Positions 35,818-43,126 of a stretch of DNA of 64,000 nucleotides are shown here, in pieces. The position numbers were made by a program, and so were the translations under genes. The notes under the pieces are model-generated. The model searched no databases and was not told where the DNA came from. It saw only the letters and a list, made by a program, of their open reading frames with translations. Position 1 is the stretch's first letter. Each line of letters begins with the position of its first letter. Origin of the DNA: an uncultured Acidobacteriota bacterium (GTDB taxonomy: Bacteria; Acidobacteriota; Vicinamibacteria; Vicinamibacterales; Fen-181); NCBI GenBank assembly GCA_963741715.1, contig CAVUJA010000002.1, positions 136,883-200,882 of the forward strand, written 5' to 3'.

Positions 35818-36304
35818 GGGATGATGCCAGTCTCTCCGCCTCCCGACACTTCGGGGGCGGACTTGGCCACCTCATCGCACGTTCTGTACCAGCTCGGCCG
35901 GGAGGACGGAGACTTCCGCGCGGACCGGTACAGGCGTCTTGCCAGCCGGACGCGGTTCCCAACCACAACGGTATGCCGAATAGAGAGTTACGGCTACTCG
36001 AGCTGTGAGCGACGCGGCAGCGGGGCCGAGGGCGGCCTGTCGACGCTGCCGAGAAGGCAGGCGCCAAGGCCGTGATTGGCGCAGCAAAGTCAGCTCTTCA
36101 GGAGCCTAAAGACTGCTTCTCAAATCGGCCGAGCAGTGCGTGGTTTGCAGAGAATGCGGAGTTTTTTCAGCCCCCGCATAGACTTACTGCCAGTCGCCAC
36201 AGGATGACCACTCTAATTGCTGGGCTTTTGTGCTCTCCAGCGCTCGGAATGTTGTTTGCACACGGTCCTGTCGGTCACGACCGCCCCGCACGTCGAGGAA
36301 ACCT

Positions 36305-36520
36305 ATGGAAATCCACCTTGTTTCGTCGCTCACGCCCGACGATGAGAGCCGGCTGGCGCCGAGGGTGTTGAAGGCGATTGACGAGTTGTTGGAGCGTCTG
36401 CCGGTTTCGTACTCGGTCCGCATCGAGACGGCCATCGGAAAGGCGATCCATCACAGCCACGTCGAGCCCAGCCAGGCTGACGCGCCGGCATCCCCTGAGG
36501 CCGGGTCGGTCGTCCCGTAG
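36305..36520 (+). CDS. small hypothetical protein (71 aa)
   Basis: ATG 36305 with GAGGA 6 nt upstream. GC-rich third positions. No recognisable motif. Confidence 0.35.
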   Translation: MEIHLVSSLTPDDESRLAPRVLKAIDELLERLPVSYSVRIETAIGKAIHHSHVEPSQADAPASPEAGSVVP

Positions 36521-36685
36521 GAGCAGATTCTGGGAGCAGGCCTCGCGGCCTGCTCGCCGACTGATCACGTCCGGCATGAGTCGTTCGACGGTTCCAACCA
36601 CTGAGACCTCGGAGCACACAGAGGCTGTCACGCCCGATGGCATCGCGGCTCGGCCACCGCTCCCCCGCCTCCGGTGGGCGAGCCG

Positions 36686-36765
36686 GGAGGGGCGGCTGGG
36701 CGGCGCCGCCACGAGAAGCGTCCTGGAGCCCGGGCTTTTCGCGGCGGCGCCGCCCAGCCGCCCCT
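36686..36765. repeat. long perfect hairpin (24-bp stem, 32-nt loop)
   Basis: GAGGGGCGGCTGGGCGGCGCCGCC (36686-36709) and its exact complement GGCGGCGCCGCCCAGCCGCCCCTC (36742-36765). Confidence 0.9.
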
Positions 36766-36890
36766 CGCGCCACGGGCTTCGCCCGCGGCGCCGATGCCCA
36801 CGGTCACCCGATCCCACATGCGACGGGTGCCGGTCTGCCCTTGGTGGCCTCTGTGAGCTCGGTGGTTCCTCCCGGCATTCCGTCAGGCCG

Positions 36891-36925
36891 AGGACTCTCG
36901 ACTCTCGACTCGTGACTCTTGACAG
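36891..36925. repeat. tandem heptamer array (TCGACTC-type), 5 units, upstream flank of vapC
   Basis: aggactc tcgactc tcgactc gtgactc ttgacag. Ends 9 nt before ATG 36935. Confidence 0.9.
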
Positions 36926-36934
36926 CCAGGTGGG

Positions 36935-37303
36935 ATGCTCAATCTTGACACCCACGTCCTGGTCGCGCTCCTCGAGGGCTCGCTGAAGCCCGCCGAGGAG
37001 GCGCTGGTCGCCGACGAGGAACTGGCGATCTCGGACATCGTGCTCTGGGAGCTGGCGAAGCTCGTCCAACTCGGCCGGCTCGAGATGGATCTCGACAGCC
37101 CGGCCTTCCGGCGCGCGCTCGACCACATCACCGTCGTCCCGATGTCGGCGGACATCGCCAGCCTGAGCACCCAGCTGGATTTCAAGTCCGACCCGGCAGC
37201 CGAACTCATCGCCGCCACCAGCCTGTCCGCCGGCATGCCGCTCCTCACCAGGGACCGGCGCATCCTGCGCTCCAAGGTCGTTCCCTTCGCCCGGCGCGCT
37301 TGA
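36935..37303 (+). CDS. vapC: PIN-domain ribonuclease toxin (VapC family), no adjacent antitoxin gene
   Basis: MLNLDTHVLVALL..., ISDIVLWELAKL, ...DPAAELIAATSLSAGMPLLTRDRRI: the acidic residues and layout of a PIN/VapC protein. 122 aa. Confidence 0.85.
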   Translation: MLNLDTHVLVALLEGSLKPAEEALVADEELAISDIVLWELAKLVQLGRLEMDLDSPAFRRALDHITVVPMSADIASLSTQLDFKSDPAAELIAATSLSAGMPLLTRDRRILRSKVVPFARRA

Positions 37304-37404
37304 CGCTCGACTCTCGACTCCTGACCCTCGACTCCAGACTCTTGACTGTTGACTCTGGGCTGTTGACTCCGGACTCTTGACTCTTGACTCTCGACTCTTG
37401 GTGT
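37300..37404. repeat. tandem heptamer array (TCGACTC/TTGACTC)n, 15 units, downstream flank of vapC
   Basis: ttgacgc tcgactc tcgactc ctgaccc tcgactc cagactc ttgactg ttgactc tgggctg ttgactc cggactc ttgactc ttgactc tcgactc ttggtgt. The first unit contains the vapC TGA stop. Confidence 0.95.
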
Positions 37405-37621
37405 ACCCGGTAAATCCAACATCACGAGTTGATAATACAAGGCGCCGGAACTTCATCCGCACGAGGGGTCGAGACCTTCCCGATCGCGCGGGATATCCGC
37501 GCCGTGCCGATGGCGCGCATCCTCACGGACGTCGAGCCGCTGTAGCGCGCGTCTGGCGAGGGTGTCCGGCCGACGCTCTCCGATCTACCGCTGCTCCAAC
37601 GTACGTCCGACAATCAGGCAG

Positions 37622-39430
37622 ATGCGACGCACTCTCCTCGCTCTTGCCGTCATCCTCTTTGCCGCGGCCTCACCGGCGTTGGCGCAATCCGGCGACAACG
37701 TCCTGCTGGTCGTCAACGAGGCGTCCGCCGACTCGGGGCGCATCGCCGAGCACTACGCGCGGACGCGCGGCGTGCCGCAGACGCAGGTGCTGCGCATCAC
37801 GGTGGACGCGGCGGCCGACGAGGTCGATCGGACGGTGTTCGAGGCGCAGATCCAGGCGCCAATCGCCGACTGGATTCGCAAGAATTCCGCCCACGACCGC
37901 ATCCTCTACATCGTCCTCGCCAAGGGGATCCCGCTGCGCATCCGCGGAACCTCCGGCCGCGGCGGCACGGTCGCCAGCGTGGACTCCGAGCTGGCGCTGC
38001 TCTACCGCAGGCTCGCCGGCATCGAGGCCCCGGTCGCTGGGCCGATCCCGAACCCGTATTATCTGGCCGACGCCCCCATCGCGAAGGCGCGGACCTTCAC
38101 CCACCAGGTGGCCGACATCTTCCTGGTGACCCGCCTCGACGGCTTCACCGTGGACGATGTGCTGAAGGTGATCGACCGGGGCGCGGCGCCGGTGCGCGAG
38201 GGGAAGATCCTGCTCGATCAGAAGGCGGCGCTGGACGACACGGGCGGCAACGCGTGGCTGAAGGCCGCGGCCGACTGGATGACCGCGAACGGCTTCGGCG
38301 ACCGCGTCGTCCTCGAGACGACGAGCCGCGTGCTGCGCGACGAGAAGAACGTGCTCGGCTACTACTCGTGGGGCTCGAACGACCCGGCAATTACCACCCG
38401 CACGTTCGGCCTCGGCTTCGTCCCTGGCGCGATCGCGGGGATGTACGTCAGCTCGGACGGCCGCACGTTCAAGCAGCCGCCGGCCGACTGGACGATCGGC
38501 CCGTGGACGGACCGCTCCAAGTTCTTCGCCAACTCGCCCCAGTCGCTGGCGGGCGACCTGATCCGCGAAGGGGTGACCGGCGTGGCCGGACACGTGGCGG
38601 AGCCCTATCTCGACGCCACCATCCGGCCGAACGTGCTGTTCCCGGCCTATCTCTCGGGCTTCAACCTGGCGGAGTCGTTCTACCTGGCGATGCCCTACGT
38701 GAGCTGGCAGACCGTCGTCGTGGGCGACCCGCTCTGCGCGCCGTTTCCGCGGAAGCTGCTGCAGCCGTCCGACATCGACAAGGGCATCGACCCGGCCACC
38801 GAACTGCCGGCGCTCTTCTCCGCGCGGCGGCTGCGAGTGCTGACCGCCCAGGGAGTGAAGCCCGAGGCGGCGAACCTCGTGCTCCGCGCCGAGTCGCGAA
38901 ACGGCAAGGGCGACCGCGCCGGGGCAACGAAGGCGCTCGAGGAGGCGACCGCGGCGGACCCGCGTGTGCCGGGGGCGCAGATGACGCTGGCGCAGTGGTA
39001 CGAGCAGGCGAAGGAGTACGACAAGGCGATCGACCGCTACCGGCAGATCCTGGCACAGAGTCCGAACGACACCATCGTGCTCAACAACCTCGCCTACGGG
39101 CTGGCGGTGCGGAAGGGGCAGGCGGCCGAGGCCCTCGGGTACGCCGAGCGCGCCTACACCCTCTCGCGCCGGAACCCGACGATTGGCGACACGCTGGCGT
39201 GGGTGCAGCACCTGCTCGGGCGCGACAAGGAGGCGGCGCCGATCCTGGCGGCGGCGGCCAAGGCGCTCCCCGACAACGCCGAAGTGCGCCTGCACGCGGC
39301 GGTCGTCTACGCCGCGGTCGGGATGCTGGAGCCGGCCGCCAAGGAACTGGCGGAGGCACTGCGCCTGGACCCGGCACTGGCGAAGACCGATGAGGTGAGG
39401 GCGCTGCAGGGGAGGCTCGGAAAGAAATAG
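37622..39430 (+). CDS. secreted protein of an uncharacterised family (TIGR03790-like by memory) with C-terminal TPR repeats
   Basis: Signal peptide MRRTLLALAVILFAAASPALA. N-terminal VLLVVNEASADSGRIAEHYARTRGVP ... ILYIVLAKGIPLRI ... GYYSWGSNDP ... GVAGHVAEPYLD ... VVVGDPLCAPF. Last ~200 aa are TPR-like. Confidence 0.8.
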   Translation: MRRTLLALAVILFAAASPALAQSGDNVLLVVNEASADSGRIAEHYARTRGVPQTQVLRITVDAAADEVDRTVFEAQIQAPIADWIRKNSAHDRILYIVLAKGIPLRIRGTSGRGGTVASVDSELALLYRRLAGIEAPVAGPIPNPYYLADAPIAKARTFTHQVADIFLVTRLDGFTVDDVLKVIDRGAAPVREGKILLDQKAALDDTGGNAWLKAAADWMTANGFGDRVVLETTSRVLRDEKNVLGYYSWGSNDPAITTRTFGLGFVPGAIAGMYVSSDGRTFKQPPADWTIGPWTDRSKFFANSPQSLAGDLIREGVTGVAGHVAEPYLDATIRPNVLFPAYLSGFNLAESFYLAMPYVSWQTVVVGDPLCAPFPRKLLQPSDIDKGIDPATELPALFSARRLRVLTAQGVKPEAANLVLRAESRNGKGDRAGATKALEEATAADPRVPGAQMTLAQWYEQAKEYDKAIDRYRQILAQSPNDTIVLNNLAYGLAVRKGQAAEALGYAERAYTLSRRNPTIGDTLAWVQHLLGRDKEAAPILAAAAKALPDNAEVRLHAAVVYAAVGMLEPAAKELAEALRLDPALAKTDEVRALQGRLGKK

Positions 39431-39587
39431 AGCCCCGCGCCAAGTCAACCTGGACGTGCGTGGCAGCGACAAAAGTCTCCACGCAGACGAACTTCTCTAA
39501 AAATCGGCTCCACCGCTCCCCCCAAGAACGCCGTTCTCCCGCCAATCTGCACGGACTTTCTCTGCCGCGCTGACGAACGGCCGAGCC

Positions 39588-39602
39588 TGGTACCAACCTT
39601 GC
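39588..39602 (+). promoter_or_regulatory. sigma-54 promoter TGGTAC-N5-TTGCT
   Basis: cTGGTACcaaccTTGCTc, 80 nt upstream of ATG 39682. Confidence 0.7.
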
Positions 39603-39681
39603 TCTGCCGCAGGTCATTGTCGCGACCGTTCGCCATGTCATCAGTAGCACTCGCGCCAGCCGCGAGGGAGGGTTAGAAGCC

Positions 39682-40411
39682 ATGAAGCGGTTCTTCGTTC
39701 TGTTGGCCGTGCTGTTCATCGCTCCTGCGGCTGCGCAGGCGACGAGCATCGTCTACTCCACCGGCGGCGCCGTCTACACGACGGCCGCCCTCACCGGGTA
39801 CGAGACCTCGGGAAACGACATGAGTGGCATGACGGTGACCGCCGAGATCGTGAGGGACAACGTCACCCACACGTTCACCGAGGCCTGGGGAAATCTCGGA
39901 GGCGGCCACTGGGGAGTGGAGTTCACGACTAGTGGCTTCGACCTGGCGCTCGGCGCGACCGAGGATACCTTCAGCGGAACCTGGGATTTCGACTTCTCGG
40001 TACGGTGGGTCCCAGCACTGGACGCTGGTCAGCCTGCTGTTCGACGGGACGACGGGCAAGACCGTGTTCGACCGGACGTTCGGTGGCCAGGTCGGCACCC
40101 CAGGGTCGGAGTTGGGCCGCGACTTCGAAGGCTTCTCGGGAATCAATGGCCTGACGATCCATGCCGACTATCTGCACCCGGTGGCAATCGGCGCGGCGGC
40201 CCCGGTCGGTGACGTCTACGCGATGTTCAAGGCGACTTTCGCCCCCGGGTTGCCGGAAGACGACCACTACCACTTCATGATGGACACCGACAACGCGACG
40301 ACCCGTCCTGTGCCACGGGACCCGGACCCGGTTCCCGAGCCGACCTCGATGCTGCTGCTCGGCAGCGGCCTGGTGGGCCTGGCGCGCGTCGTCCGGCGCA
40401 AGTCGCGGTAG
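39682..40411 (+). CDS. PEP-CTERM sorting-domain protein, frameshifted as assembled
   Basis: Signal peptide MKRFFVLLAVLFIAPAAAQA in the frame of 39682. C-terminal PVPEPTSMLLLGSGLVGLARVVRRKSR in the +1 frame (track ORF 39932..40411). The frames swap somewhere in ~39950-40010. Confidence 0.8.
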
Positions 40412-40587
40412 GCCTGGTTGCGGGGCTGGTCATGCGCCCTTTTCAACCAGGGATCTTCAGCGCGGAAGAAAGTCGGCGTCACAGGTGTTTTCGGGCCCTT
40501 GTCGGCGGCGAGTCGAGGCGCAGTTCACGGGCTTATGTGCTTGATTCAAAGGCACATATCGGGAGCGCGGTGGCGGATGGCTCAACG

Positions 40588-40602
40588 TGGTACTGGCTTT
40601 GC
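40588..40602 (+). promoter_or_regulatory. sigma-54 promoter TGGTAC-N5-TTGCT
   Basis: gTGGTACtggctTTGCTg, 100 nt upstream of ATG 40702. Confidence 0.7.
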
Positions 40603-40701
40603 TGATGCGTTACGTAACTCGATGTCGATTTCGACACCGTTTGCCCCTTGCGGCGACATTCAGATCCTGACGGATTTGAGGATAAAGGGGAGGAGGCAGA
40701 G

Positions 40702-41340
40702 ATGAAGAGACTGTTGTTTGCGCTCGTGTTGGCAGCGGCCCTGATGGCGGCTCCAAGCGCTCAGGCTGTGGCGATCATCGATTTCGGCACCGGATCGGCG
40801 CCGGCCTCAGGGGTATTCTCTTTGCTGGCGGGCGGGAACGCCAGCGGTGCGGGCATCCCTGTTGGCGCCTTGACAGTGACGGGAGCTCCAGTCAGCGGTG
40901 TCTTCGACACCAGCGGCGCTGGTCCCGGCAACTCGCTCTTTACGGACCTCAACGGGTCCGCGGTGCTGGCGTTCAACACCGCGACCAATGTTGTCACGAT
41001 CACGGGTGGTGTGCCCGTTCTTGGGATTGCCGACGGAACCGTTCTGTTGAGCGGGTCATTCACTAGCTTCGAGGCCGATGCCAATGGCCTTCACGATGCG
41101 ATCGGCCCGGACACCAAGTCGACGCTTCTGCTGACGGCGCTCGGGTTGCCAACTAACACGCCGTTCTCGTTCTTCGGCTTCTCTCTTACCGCCCAACCGA
41201 TCCCTGGGGCGGTGTCATCGTGGAACGTGACGAGCACTGACTTCAAGAACACCGCCGTCCCCGAGCCCGGCTCCATGCTGTTGCTCGGAACCGGCCTGTT
41301 CGGCCTGGCTGGCGCGGTTCGTCGGCGCCTCAAGAAGTAG
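40702..41340 (+). CDS. PEP-CTERM sorting-domain protein
   Basis: Signal peptide MKRLLFALVLAAALMAAPSAQA. C-terminal AVPEPGSMLLLGTGLFGLAGAVRRRLKK. RBS ggggaggagg. Confidence 0.9.
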   Translation: MKRLLFALVLAAALMAAPSAQAVAIIDFGTGSAPASGVFSLLAGGNASGAGIPVGALTVTGAPVSGVFDTSGAGPGNSLFTDLNGSAVLAFNTATNVVTITGGVPVLGIADGTVLLSGSFTSFEADANGLHDAIGPDTKSTLLLTALGLPTNTPFSFFGFSLTAQPIPGAVSSWNVTSTDFKNTAVPEPGSMLLLGTGLFGLAGAVRRRLKK

Positions 41341-41373
41341 TCGGCGGCCTTCGAACCACCTCCCCATTCTCAC

Positions 41374-41405
41374 CCCCCGGCGTCCAACGGGCGCCGGGGG
41401 TTTTT
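41374..41405 (+). terminator. rho-independent terminator
   Basis: CCCCCGGCG-tccaacggg-CGCCGGGGG followed by TTTTT, 34 nt after the stop at 41340. Confidence 0.75.
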
Positions 41406-41454
41406 CGTCTTCGGCAGGTTCGTCCCCCGCGGTATCCTCTAGAATCGTTCAGGA

Positions 41455-42378
41455 ATGCAGGACGGCCGGGCTTCGGCCGAGAATAGACAGAGTATGCCGC
41501 GCTACGCGAAGCACGTCCTCGCGCTCCTGCTGGTGGCCCTGGGCTTCGGCCTCCTCTACCGGAACGTCATCTTCAAGCTGGTCCACGACTGGGGCACCGA
41601 CGACAACTACTCCCACGGTTTTCTGATCGTCCCCATCGCGCTCTACTTCGTCTGGGAGCGCCGGGCCAGACTGGCCGAGGCGGTGCCGCGGCAGTCGGTG
41701 CTCGGCCTGGTGGTGGTGGCGTTGAGCGTGGTCGTCCTGGGCGCGGGAGTCCTGGGCGCCGAACTGTTCCTCACGCGCGTCTCGATGCTGGGCGTGCTGG
41801 CCGGTGCCGTGCTGTTCATCTACGGCTGGCGGCACTTGCGGATACTGGCCTTTCCGCTCGCCTTCCTCGTGCTGATGATCCCGATCCCCGCGATCATCTT
41901 CAACCAGATCGCCTTCCCGCTGCAGCTGCTGGCATCCCGGTTCGGCGAGGTCGTCCTGACGCTCGTCGGGGTCCCCGTGCTGCGCGAGGGCAACGTGATC
42001 ACGCTGAGCAACACGAGCCTCGAAGTTGCCGAGGCCTGCAGCGGCATCCGGTCCCTCATCTCGCTGCTCACCCTGGCCATCGTGTACGGCTACCTCGTCG
42101 ACCGCAGGAACTGGACGCGCGTGGCGCTGGCGCTGGCGTCGATCCCGGTCGCAATCGTCGCCAACGGCTTCCGGGTCGCGGGCACCGGCATCGCGGCCCA
42201 TTTCTTCGGCCCCGAAGCTGCGCAGGGGTTCTTTCACGAGTTCTCCGGCTGGCTGGTCTTCGTCTTCGCCTTCGTCATGCTGTTCGCCGTCCAAAGGGCC
42301 ATCGCATGGGTGGCTCCCGACATGAGCAGCAGGGCGGCCGCCGTGCTCGCGCCGGCCGCGCCCAAGGAGCAGCCATGA
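41455..42378 (+). CDS. xrtA: exosortase (XrtA/EpsH type)
   Basis: Polytopic membrane protein with exosortase signature residues: Cys in EACSGIRS, Arg in ANGFRVAG, His in HEFSGW. Conserved N-terminal W..DDNYSHGFLI. Immediately followed by epsI. Confidence 0.88.
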   Translation: MQDGRASAENRQSMPRYAKHVLALLLVALGFGLLYRNVIFKLVHDWGTDDNYSHGFLIVPIALYFVWERRARLAEAVPRQSVLGLVVVALSVVVLGAGVLGAELFLTRVSMLGVLAGAVLFIYGWRHLRILAFPLAFLVLMIPIPAIIFNQIAFPLQLLASRFGEVVLTLVGVPVLREGNVITLSNTSLEVAEACSGIRSLISLLTLAIVYGYLVDRRNWTRVALALASIPVAIVANGFRVAGTGIAAHFFGPEAAQGFFHEFSGWLVFVFAFVMLFAVQRAIAWVAPDMSSRAAAVLAPAAPKEQP

Positions 42379-43052
42379 TTGCCCGCGCGCTCGTCGTGTC
42401 TCTCGTGCTCGTCTCGGGCGCCGTCGTCATAGGCCGCGCGTCGAAGAGCGAGCCGGTTCCGGCGCGCGAATCCCTCGCCACGTTCCCCATGGAGATCGCC
42501 GAGTGGCGCGGCCAGTCGGCCGACCGCTTCGATCAGCAGATTCTGGCGGTGCTGGGCGTGGACGAGTACATCAACCGCGTCTACGTGGCCCCCACGAAGG
42601 TGCAGGTCGGCTTGTACGTCGGCTACTATGGGAGCCAGCGCGAGGGGGATACGATGCACTCGCCGCTGAACTGCCTCCCCGGCGCCGGGTGGCAGCCGGT
42701 CAGACAGGCGAGGGTGACCATTCCCGTCGCGACCGCCATGGATGCGGCCACGGGCCGGCCGGTGAACCAGCGCGAGATCGAGGTGAACCGCTTCGTGATC
42801 CAGCGAGGCCTGGACAAGCAGGTGGTGATCTACTGGTACCAGAGCCACGGCCGCGTGGTGGCGAGCGAATACTGGGGCAAGATCTACACGGTGGTGGACG
42901 CCATCCGGTTGAACCGGACCGACGCGGCCATGGTCCGCGTGATTTGCCCGGTGGGCGGCGGCGAACCGGCCGACGTGACGCGCGCCGAGGATGCCGCCAC
43001 GGCGTTCACGAAAGCCCTATTCCCGCTGCTCGGTCGGTATCTGCCTGACTGA
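42375..43052 (+). CDS. epsI: exosortase-associated EpsI family protein
   Basis: ATG 42375 overlaps the xrtA stop (ATGA). Single N-terminal TM helix, then F(P)MEIAEWRGQ ... DEYINRVY ... YVGYYGSQREGDTMHSPLNCLPGAGW ... YWYQSHGR, typical of EpsI. Confidence 0.85.
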   Translation: MIARALVVSLVLVSGAVVIGRASKSEPVPARESLATFPMEIAEWRGQSADRFDQQILAVLGVDEYINRVYVAPTKVQVGLYVGYYGSQREGDTMHSPLNCLPGAGWQPVRQARVTIPVATAMDAATGRPVNQREIEVNRFVIQRGLDKQVVIYWYQSHGRVVASEYWGKIYTVVDAIRLNRTDAAMVRVICPVGGGEPADVTRAEDAATAFTKALFPLLGRYLPD

Positions 43053-43054
43053 CG

Positions 43055-43100
43055 TAGGATTCGGGAGTCAGGATTCGGGAGTCAGTAGGATTCGGGATTG
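43055..43100. repeat. tandem heptamer array (AGGATTC/GGGAGTC), about 6 units
   Basis: taggattc gggagtc aggattc gggagtc agtaggattc gggattg. Starts 3 nt after the epsI stop. It is the last array seen in the window. Confidence 0.9.
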
Positions 43101-43126
43101 AGCATTCAGCTGCGCAGAGGTGTCGG

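Noticed and set aside
36275-37462. 395-aa minus-strand ORF spanning vapC and both heptamer arrays.
   Set aside because: It is antisense to a clear PIN-domain gene. Its translation of the arrays gives periodic ESRV/QESRV peptides, and no domain features are present.
37440-37547. Short open frame ending ...GVETFPIARDIRAVPMARILTDVEPL* downstream of vapC, as a possible antitoxin or gene remnant.
   Set aside because: It is opened by a TAA only ~42 codons upstream. The only start is a TTG without an RBS, and no motif was recognised.
40533-40557. Inverted repeat TATGTGC-N11-GCACATA upstream of the sigma-54 promoter at 40588, as an activator binding site (UAS).
   Set aside because: No equivalent motif was found upstream of the other four sigma-54 promoter candidates. 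The 39.45 kb region has a different inverted repeat (TGCGTGG-N17-CCACGCA). The evidence is insufficient.
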